From the NCBI GenBank assembly GCA_041571435.1, contig JBFFUI010000043.1:1-16281 (forward strand): DNA of 16,281 nucleotides. The letters run 5' to 3'. A program made the position numbers and the translations under genes. Numbering within the stretch: position 1 is the stretch's first letter; each line of letters begins with the position of its first letter. The notes under the pieces are model-generated. The model saw only the letters and a list, made by a program, of their open reading frames with translations. It ran no database searches and was not told where the DNA came from. Shown piece after piece: positions 7,857 to 16,151 of this stretch. This stretch comes from Sulfurimonadaceae bacterium (GTDB taxonomy: Bacteria; Campylobacterota; Campylobacteria; Campylobacterales; Sulfurimonadaceae).

Positions 7857-9155
7857 TTAGAAGATGTGGCCGAAGTTGATATAGAGGCCGTTGTCCTCGA
7901 CGCTCTGACCATAATCGATCATAATAATTGTCGCCTGGTTCCAGGCGATGCGCATACCCGCACCATAGGTGTATTTGTATTCCGACAGGTCGGTTTCGCT
8001 GACATGGTCAAAGACTTTACCGGCGTCAACAAAGGGGACGGCCATAAAGTCAAAGGTCTGTCCCAGAGTGCGGGCCTTGTACAGGTCAAAACGGGTCTCA
8101 ATGTTTGCAAGCACTTTGACGTCGGCAACAAAACGGTCCTGCTGATATCCGCGTAAGGTGCGGTAGCCGCCCAGACCGGTTTTCTGATCATCGGCAAAAT
8201 CGAGAATGTTCTGGTCGAAAAAGGGTGTATCGCCGGTTTGAACACTGTAGACACCTCGAACGGCCAGGGTGAAATAGTCGGCACCTTCCGGCGTAAAAAA
8301 GTTACGGGTGGAAAAGGTGTAGCGCTGATGCTCAAAGTCGCTGCCGAGGAATTTGCCGTACAGGCCGACACTGAAGTCATGGATCGATCCGTTTTTCGGA
8401 TTCGGTGCGAAGTCACGTGAATCGTAGACTACGGCCAGTTTCAGACCATTGTCCCAACCCCCGTTGTAGCCGATTAGCGTCTCTCTGTCCTCGACGAGCT
8501 TGTTCAACGCGTTATAGGTGTTCAAGAGGGTCGTGTCATTGTAGTCGGTAACAGAAGCTTTTGCCAGGTTTACACCGACACTTAATCGGACCAGACCGCC
8601 GAAAAGGTCTCTGGCCAGGTTGACTTCGACTTTCGGTTTGATCAATTGGTAGCGGTTATAATAGCGGCTCCCTTGTGCATCGAGTGCATCTTGCTGATCC
8701 TGTGCCGCGGTATAACTGTTGCCCAACGTGTCCGTCAGGTCATTTAGTGAGTCTGCAGTCGTACCGAAGTAGTTTGCCTGTGTGTTCTTCTCATAGACAA
8801 CCTCGCCCGTGAGACGAAAAAGTGAGCCGGCTATATAGGGAGCATCGTAGTGCAAAACGTGGTAAGACCAGCCGTTGGTCGTCTGAAAAAACTGCGCATA
8901 GAGCTGGTGCTTGTAGGGCGTTAACGTGAACAGCTTATTGTCTTTGTGCCCATTGTCATAGAGGTAGACACGAGCACCGTAGCCAAACCCCTTGTCCGCA
9001 TCATAGTTTACCAGGGGAAGACCGGTCAAGTAAATGCCGTCGCTCTTATCGGCTATCTGCTCTGACGTGAGTGTCGATTTGGCATAAAGCTCTTCGGAGA
9101 TATCACCTGCATATAGCGTGAAGAACGGCAGAAAAAACAGCCGGATAAATCGCAT
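7857..9155 (-). CDS. Omp85 (BamA/TamA superfamily) outer-membrane beta-barrel lacking POTRA domains
   Basis: Sec-type signal peptide (MRFIRLFFLPFFTLYA). YDSRD..NP..G, loop-6 GLGGYRTLRGY, FVDAGKV and C-terminal beta-signal YINFGHIF. The first barrel-like strands (LPLVNYDADKGFGYG) start about 30 aa after the signal. Confidence 0.82.
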   Translation of the reverse strand: MRFIRLFFLPFFTLYAGDISEELYAKSTLTSEQIADKSDGIYLTGLPLVNYDADKGFGYGARVYLYDNGHKDNKLFTLTPYKHQLYAQFFQTTNGWSYHVLHYDAPYIAGSLFRLTGEVVYEKNTQANYFGTTADSLNDLTDTLGNSYTAAQDQQDALDAQGSRYYNRYQLIKPKVEVNLARDLFGGLVRLSVGVNLAKASVTDYNDTTLLNTYNALNKLVEDRETLIGYNGGWDNGLKLAVVYDSRDFAPNPKNGSIHDFSVGLYGKFLGSDFEHQRYTFSTRNFFTPEGADYFTLAVRGVYSVQTGDTPFFDQNILDFADDQKTGLGGYRTLRGYQQDRFVADVKVLANIETRFDLYKARTLGQTFDFMAVPFVDAGKVFDHVSETDLSEYKYTYGAGMRIAWNQATIIMIDYGQSVEDNGLYINFGHIF

Positions 9156-9246
9156 AAAAGACCTTCTCAGTTTAGTGGCGTTATTTTACAATGAAGAGTT
9201 GAAAATAACCACTCTGTACGGCATATTATTATACTAATAGCGATTT

Positions 9247-9255
9247 TGCTATAAT
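9247..9255 (+). promoter_or_regulatory. Extended -10 promoter (TGCTATAAT) for purE
   Basis: Perfect TGnTATAAT 45 nt upstream of ATG 9301. Confidence 0.75.
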
Positions 9256-9300
9256 TCCGGCAACCAAAAAAAGAGCCATCGTGCCAAAAGAGGAAGATAG

Positions 9301-9798
9301 ATGAAATTTGTTTCAATCATCATTGGAAGTAAAAGCGACTACGAAGTTATGAAGTCATGTGCAGATACATTGGAAGCGTTCGGTGTACGACACGAACTGA
9401 TCATCTCGTCAGCACACCGTTCACCTGAACGTACAAAAGACTACATCATCAATGCCGAGAAAAAAGGGGCGCAGGTCTTCATCGCGGCGGCAGGTATGGC
9501 AGCACACCTGGCCGGTGTTTTGGCTTCGAAGACAGTTAAACCGATCATCGGTGTACCGATGAGCGCTTCTGCCCTTAGCGGTATCGATGCACTTCTTTCG
9601 ACGGTACAGATGCCTGCAGGTATGCCGGTAGCTACAGTTGCGATCGGTAAAGCGGGTGCGATGAACTCAGCTTATCTTGCGATGCAGATACTGGCGCTTA
9701 GCGATGAAGACCTTTCGGTCAAACTCAAAGAAGATCGTATCGCAAAAGCGAAAAAAGTTGAGATGGACTCATTGGAAATCGAGACCATTATTGACTAA
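9301..9798 (+). CDS. purE: N5-carboxyaminoimidazole ribonucleotide mutase
   Basis: GSKSD, SAHRSP, AGMAAHLAG, DALLSTVQMPAGMPVATV; RBS GAGGA. Confidence 0.98.
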   Translation: MKFVSIIIGSKSDYEVMKSCADTLEAFGVRHELIISSAHRSPERTKDYIINAEKKGAQVFIAAAGMAAHLAGVLASKTVKPIIGVPMSASALSGIDALLSTVQMPAGMPVATVAIGKAGAMNSAYLAMQILALSDEDLSVKLKEDRIAKAKKVEMDSLEIETIID

Positions 9799-9801
9799 AA
9801 C

Positions 9802-9826
9802 CCAATATGGGCTCTGCCCATGTTGG
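9802..9826. terminator. Stem-loop immediately after purE
   Basis: CCAATATGGGC-TCT-GCCCATGTTGG: 11-bp stem with one G-U on plus. No U-tract on plus; short GTTTT on minus. Confidence 0.5.
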
Positions 9827-9928
9827 TATCGCTAGCCGAAATGGAACCAAAGCATAAAAATGTTTTCGGCATTTTCGTAAATATTGCAAACTCCCGTTAT
9901 TCAAATGATCCCCTAAAGTGAACAAACC

Positions 9929-10786
9929 ATGAAAATCGACAATGCCTGTGTTGAATGCATCATAAACCAAAGCCGTCGAGTGACCGAGGCGATCAGAGCT
10001 GATGATGCACTGAGCAAACGGATGGTCGATCGTGTTGAAATGTTAGGTGAAACATTCGACTTTACCCAGTCACCGCCGGAAGTGGCTTCGGATGTCTATG
10101 AACAGATGGCCGAACTTGCAGGTATGGATGACCTCTACGGTGAGTTGAAAGCGCATGCGACTGAAAAAGCCAAGGCCTTTGTCCCCCAGCTTCACGATGA
10201 ACTGGAAAGAGCGGATGACAAACTGATGACGGCTGTTAAGATCGCGGTTGCAGGCAATGTGATCGATCTTGCGGCTGAGGTGACCTTTGATCTCAATGAG
10301 GAGATGGAGAAGATCTTTGAGACCAACTTCGCTTATGATGATATGGATCAGTTGGAACGTGCACTGCAGGAGGCTTCGACGCTGCTCTATATCGGTGACA
10401 ATGTCGGCGAACACATCTTCGATTATCTCTGTATCGAGACCCTGCAGTGTCTCTACCCGAAACTAGAGATCTTTTACATGGTCCGAGGCAATCCTATCAT
10501 CAATGATGTGACGATGGTCGAGGCAAAAGAGGCAGGTTTCGACAGACTCTGCCATTTGGTTGACAGCGGCGTAAATACGCCCGGTTTCGCGTATGAAAGA
10601 GCCAACCTAGCGAGTCAGAAACTTTTTGACGACGCGGACCTGGTCATCACAAAGGGAATGGGGAACTATGAGTGCCTCTCGCCGTCTCCACGTGAAAACC
10701 TCTGTTATTTGCTGAAAGTAAAATGCAGTGTTGTGGCAGCTTCTCTTGGCCAAAATGTGGGTGATATTGTCTGCAAAATGAGTTAA
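9929..10786 (+). CDS. DUF89/ARMT1-like damage-control metal-dependent phosphatase (subfamily with N-terminal CxxC)
   Basis: MKIDNACVEC, AVAGNVID, GDNVGE, RGNPIIND, KGMGNYE and LLKVKC motifs. Confidence 0.9.
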   Translation: MKIDNACVECIINQSRRVTEAIRADDALSKRMVDRVEMLGETFDFTQSPPEVASDVYEQMAELAGMDDLYGELKAHATEKAKAFVPQLHDELERADDKLMTAVKIAVAGNVIDLAAEVTFDLNEEMEKIFETNFAYDDMDQLERALQEASTLLYIGDNVGEHIFDYLCIETLQCLYPKLEIFYMVRGNPIINDVTMVEAKEAGFDRLCHLVDSGVNTPGFAYERANLASQKLFDDADLVITKGMGNYECLSPSPRENLCYLLKVKCSVVAASLGQNVGDIVCKMS

Positions 10787-10864
10787 TAGAACTCTGCGGC
10801 CATTACGAATGTACAATTCGTTTTAATCGCGCTTAATGGGCTTTTACAAGGCTGAAACTAAAAA

Positions 10865-10873
10865 TGCTATAAT
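10865..10873 (+). promoter_or_regulatory. Extended -10 promoter (TGCTATAAT) for glyQ
   Basis: Perfect TGnTATAAT 29 nt upstream of ATG 10903. Confidence 0.75.
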
Positions 10874-10902
10874 GGCGCCAATTATTTATTTTGAGGGCTT
10901 TA

Positions 10903-11784
10903 ATGATTACTTTTAGCGATCTACTTTTAAAACTGCAAGAATTCTGGAAAGAGCAGGGTTGTAACATCGTTCAACCATATGACATTCCGGCTGGCGCGGG
11001 TACCTTCCACCCGGCTACCTTTTTACGTTCACTGGACTCACAGCCGTGGTCGGTTGCTTATGTGGCACCGTCACGTCGTCCGACAGACGGCCGTTATGGT
11101 GAGAATCCGAACCGTCTTGGAAGCTATTACCAGTTTCAGGCATTGATCAAACCGAGCCCCGACAATATCCAGGAACTTTACCTGAAAAGTCTGGAGTATC
11201 TCGGACTGAACCTCAAAGAGCACGATATCCGTTTTGTCGAAGACAACTGGGAGTCGCCGACTCTCGGTGCCTGGGGACTTGGATGGGAAGTGTGGCTCAA
11301 CGGAATGGAAGTGACGCAGTTTACCTACTTTCAGCAGGTCGGTGGGATCGCATGTGATCCGGTAGCGGTCGAGATCACCTATGGGACAGAGCGTTTGGCG
11401 ATGTATTTGCAAGGTGTGGATTCGGTCTTCGATATTGTCTGGAACGAGAACGAGCATGGCAAGACGCTTTATCGCGATATCCATAAAGAGAGCGAGATCG
11501 AGTTTTCCAAATACAACTTTGAGGTCGCCGATACCGATATGCTCTTTGCCGATTTTGAGGCGAAATCAAAAGAGTGTAAGCGTGCCTTGGAAGCAGGCCT
11601 TCCGCTACCGGCATACGATCTCTGTATGGCGGCATCCAACACTTTCAACACCCTTGATGCGCGCAAGGCGGTCTCCCAGACAGAGCGTGCCAACTACATC
11701 CTGCAGATCCGTGAACTCTCCAAAGGGTGTGCAGAACTTTACAAAGAACAGGAAGCTGAGCGTATAGAGCGCGTTAAAGCCTGA
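10903..11784 (+). CDS. glyQ: Glycine--tRNA ligase alpha subunit
   Basis: [44 protein letters not shown] and TQFTYFQQ motifs. Start moved to ATG 10903 because the GAGGG RBS lies inside the TTG-started ORF. Confidence 0.99.
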   Translation: MITFSDLLLKLQEFWKEQGCNIVQPYDIPAGAGTFHPATFLRSLDSQPWSVAYVAPSRRPTDGRYGENPNRLGSYYQFQALIKPSPDNIQELYLKSLEYLGLNLKEHDIRFVEDNWESPTLGAWGLGWEVWLNGMEVTQFTYFQQVGGIACDPVAVEITYGTERLAMYLQGVDSVFDIVWNENEHGKTLYRDIHKESEIEFSKYNFEVADTDMLFADFEAKSKECKRALEAGLPLPAYDLCMAASNTFNTLDARKAVSQTERANYILQIRELSKGCAELYKEQEAERIERVKA

Positions 11785-11831
11785 TACTCCATAAGGCGGC
11801 AGAGGCCGTCATAACTCTCAAAGTAGACGTG

Positions 11832-14078
11832 ATGAAAACAGTCATTGGACAGATCGATAAAATCATCTTTGAACAAGAAGGCTTTTTCATCGGTGTGCTC
11901 AAGTCCGGTGAAAAGATCCAGGGTGAGTACCATGAAAGCGAGGTCAGTAATCTCGTCGATGCTGCGGTCACACTCAAAGGCGACTATCAGGAACATCAGA
12001 AACATGGTAAGTCCTTTCTCTTTGAGACCATTACGGTCAACCAGAACGAACTCTTCTTTTTTCTAAACCGTGTCGTTAAAGGTTTTCCCAGGAAGGTGAC
12101 TGCCGATCTGATAGAGAAGTTCGGTGAAGAGGGGCTGATCGATATTCTGGACCATGACATCGAGCGGCTTTTAGAATTCAAAGGGATCAAGAAAAAACGC
12201 CTTGACAAGATGCAGTCGCGCTGGAAAAAGTTCCGCTCTCTTCGTGAACTTGGCAGTTTCCTCTCCCCCTTTGGCGTAACACCGGGGATACTCTCTATTA
12301 TCGCGGGTGCGATGAAAGAGGTGCAAAACCCTGCAGAGAAGATCCAGAACAATCCTTACATCTTGACCTCCATCCGCGGGATAGGCTTTAAACGCGCTGA
12401 TGAGATCGCATTGAATATGGGTATTGACCCGCTTTCTGAAAAACGCATCAGCTCTGCTATGGATTTCGCCCTCAATGAATACTGTGACCAGCAGGGCAAC
12501 TCCTGTGTTGAAAAGAGCCTTCTGTTTGAACAGCTGGACAACCTGTTGGCATTTAGCGGCCAAAACAGTACCTATGAGATGGTCCTGCTTGAACGTGTGA
12601 ACGAAGGGAGTATCTATCCGCTTGCGAACCATCGTTATGCGCCTGACAGACTTTACGAAGCGGAGAAGTTTCTGTTTGACGAGTTTAAGCGGCGGGCTAA
12701 GGTGGACAACGGCGTCATTGTCAAAGATCTCGACAGATTTGTTGCCAAGGGTGGGATAGAGCTCGGTGATCAGCAGCGTGAGGCGGTTGAGGTGATCAAC
12801 AGCGGCAAAGGGATACTGTGCCTTGTCGGTTATGCCGGAACGGGTAAAAGTACGACAGCGCGTACGATCTTAGACGTTTTGGCAGAGCGTTACAGAGCGG
12901 AGTCTGTAATCACATGTGCCTTGAGCGGGATCGCTTCGCAGCGTATCGCCGAGACGACGGGCTATGCCAGTGCGACGATCCAGAGTCTGTTGGTGAAGTA
13001 TGAGGACCGGGACACTTTGCCATTCGAGGTGGTCTTGATCGACGAGGCTTCGATGATCAACTCGCTGCTCTTTGCGAGATTGCTTTCAAAGGTGGCACGT
13101 GATGCGGTTGTCATCATTGTCGGAGACGATGCGCAGCTGCCGCCTATCGGTGCAGGTGATGTCTTGAGCGATCTGCTTCGTCTTGAGCTCACGCCTATCG
13201 TCAAGCTGACCAAGATTTACCGACAAAGTGAAGAACAGGCGATCGCGTTGATCGCCAATGATATTCGTCAAGGTGTCATACCCCAGTACACGCATGCATA
13301 TGATGACTTCTCTTTTATCTCTGTTGACATCGAAAACTACTATGCGCGACGTGCCAATGCCTCGCAGAGTGAGTTGGCAGAACTCCGTCAGGAAAATGCC
13401 GACGCTATTGTACGGGAGTTGATGCATAAAGCAGTGGTCTATATTCCAAAAGCGCGTCGCTATCTGGCACAAAAAGAGATCAAAGAGTATCTGAACTACT
13501 TTCAGGTGATTACGCCCATGAAGGGCGGCACATTAGGTGTGGACAATCTTAACATCGTTTTGCAGTCCTACTTCAACCCCAACCCCAAACAGAAGGTTAA
13601 AAAGGGGGAGCGGGAGTACCGCCTGATGGACAAGGTGGTCCATACCAAGAACGAGAACATGCCCTCATGGAGCATGGAGGGATTCAAAAACGGTGATGAG
13701 AGCAGCGAGAAGCGGATCTTTAACGGCATGAGCGGTCTGCTCTTCAAGATCGACGAGGATGAGGAACTCATCTATGTGGTCTACCCCAATGAAGATTCGG
13801 TGGTGCAGTACGGCTATGACCAGCTTATGTCGCACCTGATGCTCTCCTACGCGCTGACTGTTCACAAGGTCCAGGGAATGGAGTATGATGTGGTGGTGAT
13901 GCCGATGAGCTTTTCGCACTTTATCATGCACAATACCAAACTTTTGTACACTGCAATCACGCGGGCAAAACATAAATGTTATGTCATAGGTGAAAGCGGC
14001 GCTTTCGAGTCGGCTTGCCGACGCCTTGAGGTAACCAAACGCGACACGGTGATGGCGGAGCTAGGCGGTATCGGTTAG
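11832..14078 (+). CDS. recD2: RecD2-type SF1B ATP-dependent DNA helicase
   Basis: N-terminal OB/HhH-like region (KGIKKKR, NPYILTSIRGIGFKRADEIA), Walker A GYAGTGKS, IDEASM, VGDDAQLPPIG, IYRQ, YALTVHKVQGMEY, LLYTAITRA. Confidence 0.9.
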   Translation: MKTVIGQIDKIIFEQEGFFIGVLKSGEKIQGEYHESEVSNLVDAAVTLKGDYQEHQKHGKSFLFETITVNQNELFFFLNRVVKGFPRKVTADLIEKFGEEGLIDILDHDIERLLEFKGIKKKRLDKMQSRWKKFRSLRELGSFLSPFGVTPGILSIIAGAMKEVQNPAEKIQNNPYILTSIRGIGFKRADEIALNMGIDPLSEKRISSAMDFALNEYCDQQGNSCVEKSLLFEQLDNLLAFSGQNSTYEMVLLERVNEGSIYPLANHRYAPDRLYEAEKFLFDEFKRRAKVDNGVIVKDLDRFVAKGGIELGDQQREAVEVINSGKGILCLVGYAGTGKSTTARTILDVLAERYRAESVITCALSGIASQRIAETTGYASATIQSLLVKYEDRDTLPFEVVLIDEASMINSLLFARLLSKVARDAVVIIVGDDAQLPPIGAGDVLSDLLRLELTPIVKLTKIYRQSEEQAIALIANDIRQGVIPQYTHAYDDFSFISVDIENYYARRANASQSELAELRQENADAIVRELMHKAVVYIPKARRYLAQKEIKEYLNYFQVITPMKGGTLGVDNLNIVLQSYFNPNPKQKVKKGEREYRLMDKVVHTKNENMPSWSMEGFKNGDESSEKRIFNGMSGLLFKIDEDEELIYVVYPNEDSVVQYGYDQLMSHLMLSYALTVHKVQGMEYDVVVMPMSFSHFIMHNTKLLYTAITRAKHKCYVIGESGAFESACRRLEVTKRDTVMAELGGIG

Positions 14079-14118
14079 GCGGGTGTTCTTGTTTTGTAAC
14101 GCCTGTGATATCGAACTT

Positions 14119-14127
14119 TGCTATAAT
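14119..14127 (+). promoter_or_regulatory. Extended -10 (TGCTATAAT); distal peroxidase promoter or sRNA promoter
   Basis: Perfect TGnTATAAT about 150 nt upstream of the peroxidase start. Confidence 0.65.
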
Positions 14128-14200
14128 GGACTTTTTCAGCATGTAACTATAGCTATCCTCTTAGAAAGCGTAGTTATATTTGCGAAGGCTATAGGTCTCT

Positions 14201-14241
14201 AAATAATAAAAATTATTATTTAAGCTTCTAAACCATATAAT
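14201..14241 (+). promoter_or_regulatory. Fur/PerR-type operator plus proximal -10 of the peroxidase gene
   Basis: Palindrome AATAATAA-AAA-TTATTATT (14202-14220) matches the classical Fur box GATAATGATAATCATTATC at 14/19 positions; TATAAT at 14236-14241. Confidence 0.75.
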
Positions 14242-14275
14242 GAACAAAAATATACCATCGCTAAAAGGATTAAAT

Positions 14276-15289
14276 ATGAAACATCTGTTACTTACATTCG
14301 CCGTGGGTGCAAGCGTTATGGCTTCACCTCTGATCAAAGAGGCCAAAGTAAACGGTTTAGTAGCTATCCCTGCCGATCAGAAAGCATTGAACAAGCTTGT
14401 TGACAATCCGAAGAACATGTTGACACCGGCCAAGATCGAACTGGGAAAAAAGCTCTATTTTGATCCACGTCTTTCAAAGAGTGGTCTGATCAGCTGTAAT
14501 ACCTGTCACAACCTTAGTGAAGGGGGAGATGACGGTGTCGGTGCAGCGATCGGTCACAACTGGACAGCCAACCCGCACCATCTGAACTCACCGACTGTCT
14601 ACAATGCCGTTTTCGCAGAGAAGCAGTTCTGGGACGGTCGTAGTCCTGACCTTGAAGACCAGGCAAAAGGACCGATGGTGGCAGCACCGGAGATGGCAGG
14701 ATCGACAGAGCATATTGAAGCCGTTGTCAACTCAATGCCGGCGTATGTAGCGGAATTCAAGAAAGCGTATGGCAAAGATGTGAAGATCGATTTTAACAAG
14801 ATTGCTGAGACAATCGGTCTGTTCGAGCGTACGCTTGTAACACCTTCACGTTTTGATGACTACCTTAACGGTGATGAAAAAGCGTTGAGCAAAGCAGAAA
14901 AAGAGGGCCTGAAGACCTTTATTAAGACGGGATGTACATCATGTCATACCGGTATCGCATTGGGCGGTTCGATGCAAGGCTTCGCAATTACAGGCGACTT
15001 CAAACATGCCAAAGTGGGTGATTTTAAAGGGGATGCAAACGGTCTTGTCAAAACGCCGACCTTGCGTAACGTGACACAGACGGCACCGTATTTCCATAAC
15101 GGTACAGTCTGGGATCTTAAAGAGGCGATTCAGGAGATGGGACGTATTCAGCTTGGCATTGCTGTCAGTGATAAGGACGCCGCGTCTATTGAGACATTCC
15201 TGAAAGCACTTGATGGTAGAAAACCAAAGATTGCATTGCCGATACTGCCGGCAAGCAATGAAGCGACACCAAAACCGCAAGTTAACTAA
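14276..15289 (+). CDS. ccp: Periplasmic di-heme cytochrome c peroxidase (CcpA/Ccp family)
   Basis: Two heme motifs CNTCH and CTSCH; LYFDPRLS, NSPTVYN, QFWDGR, TPTLRNV, PYFHNG. Start at ATG 14276 (RBS AAGGA, signal peptide MKHLLLTFAVGASVMA). Confidence 0.96.
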   Translation: MKHLLLTFAVGASVMASPLIKEAKVNGLVAIPADQKALNKLVDNPKNMLTPAKIELGKKLYFDPRLSKSGLISCNTCHNLSEGGDDGVGAAIGHNWTANPHHLNSPTVYNAVFAEKQFWDGRSPDLEDQAKGPMVAAPEMAGSTEHIEAVVNSMPAYVAEFKKAYGKDVKIDFNKIAETIGLFERTLVTPSRFDDYLNGDEKALSKAEKEGLKTFIKTGCTSCHTGIALGGSMQGFAITGDFKHAKVGDFKGDANGLVKTPTLRNVTQTAPYFHNGTVWDLKEAIQEMGRIQLGIAVSDKDAASIETFLKALDGRKPKIALPILPASNEATPKPQVN

Positions 15290-15299
15290 TACAGTTTCT

Positions 15300-15322
15300 G
15301 TGCGGTGCGACTTGCGCCGCAC
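15300..15322 (+). terminator. GC-rich stem-loop after ccp (3' stabiliser or atypical terminator)
   Basis: GTGCGGTGC-GACTT-GCGCCGCAC, 9-bp stem 10 nt after the stop; no U-tract. Confidence 0.45.
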
Positions 15323-15529
15323 CCAACGAACAGCCCCTTCATCTCTCCACCAAATATACGATACGATTTTGTCATTCATTGAAGTTACAGTTGTTTTGTT
15401 GATTTCAAAACGGTTTGAATTGACGAATTAAGAAAGAGAAATAGGGAAGAAGATGAATACTATTTAGAGATGGATCTCTTTAGCTTAGAGAAGTGGCTTC
15501 TGCTCTATTGCTAAACCATTTCACCTCTT

Positions 15530-15940
15530 TTAAGCACTCTTATCCTGACATTCAGGGCAGAGACCGTCAAGCACAACGGTCGAGTGGTTGAGACGGTATC
15601 CGCTTTCGCTCTCAGCCGATTCCATCAATTCGTCGATACATTTGTCCATGTCCATGACCAACCCACAGCTATTGCATGCAAGATGTATATGAGGTTCCTT
15701 GGCGATCTCATATTGAAGTTTATGGTTGGAAAATTTAATCACGTCCAAGACACCCAGCGCATTCATCTGATTGACATTTTTATATACGGTTGCGAGGGAG
15801 ATAGCGGGAAAGCTTATTCTTAAAATATCATAGAGATTGTCGACATCGATATGACCCGCTGCATCGATCTCCTCTAATATTGCCATACGCTGAGGTGTGA
15901 CTTTCAGTTTGTGTTCTTTCAAACGTTGCGAAAATTGCAT
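15530..15940 (-). CDS. perR: Fur-family transcriptional regulator, PerR-like
   Basis: LKVTPQR, ISLATVYKN, HIH, two CxxC (CNSC, CPEC); 136 aa. Resembles Campylobacter PerR as I recall it, and is adjacent to a peroxidase. Confidence 0.8.
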   Translation of the reverse strand: MQFSQRLKEHKLKVTPQRMAILEEIDAAGHIDVDNLYDILRISFPAISLATVYKNVNQMNALGVLDVIKFSNHKLQYEIAKEPHIHLACNSCGLVMDMDKCIDELMESAESESGYRLNHSTVVLDGLCPECQDKSA

Positions 15941-15975
15941 TTTATATAACCATCTTTCTATTTATTACTATGCGT

Positions 15976-15984
15976 ATTATAGCA
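15976..15984 (-). promoter_or_regulatory. Extended -10 (TGCTATAAT) for perR
   Basis: Perfect TGnTATAAT 35 nt upstream of ATG 15940. Confidence 0.75.
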
Positions 15985-16010
15985 AAAAATTATAAGAAAG
16001 AATATTAGTC

Positions 16011-16050
16011 AAATAATAAAAATTATTATTAAGATTTGAACCTTTATAAT
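16011..16050 (+). promoter_or_regulatory. Fur/PerR-type operator plus -10 facing soxY
   Basis: 16011-16030 is identical to 14201-14220; TATAAT at 16045-16050. Confidence 0.72.
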
Positions 16051-16091
16051 TGCGTTTCTAAAAAAAATGTCTATAGATCATTTTAGTAGTA

Positions 16092-16113
16092 TCTACACGA
16101 TTTCTACACAATT
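16092..16113 (+). repeat. 11-bp tandem direct repeat (possible OmpR-family regulator site)
   Basis: TCTACACGATT / TCTACACAATT, 10 of 11 identical, one helical turn apart. Confidence 0.5.
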
Positions 16114-16151
16114 TTAGAGAATAATGACACTGTAAAACATAAGGAAATAAC

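Noticed and set aside
1463-9155. Patatin plus Omp85 barrel as a split type Vd (PlpD-like) secretion system
   Set aside because: The patatin has no signal peptide, looks like cytoplasmic RssA-type, and lies 5.5 kb away on the other strand with unrelated genes between.
9842-9858. TGGAAC as a sigma54 -24 element
   Set aside because: No GC at the -12 position with the required spacing.
10891-10902. TTG start for glyQ
   Set aside because: This segment contains the RBS; the conserved protein begins at ATG 10903. Absence of an adjacent glyS is normal for this phylum.
11832-14078. RecD2 helicase as a defence or mobile-element gene
   Set aside because: It has ordinary full-length RecD2 architecture between housekeeping genes, with no nuclease, integrase or att-like context.
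14240-14275. Longer N-terminus for ccp
   Set aside because: ATG 14240 overlaps the -10 box; the RBS and signal peptide fit ATG 14276.
202-15823. Many 60-165 aa alternative-frame or antisense ORFs inside identified genes (e.g. 7919..8416, 11071..11484, 12171..12632, 14939..15379)
   Set aside because: All overlap well-supported genes and show no recognisable motifs; expected shadow ORFs.
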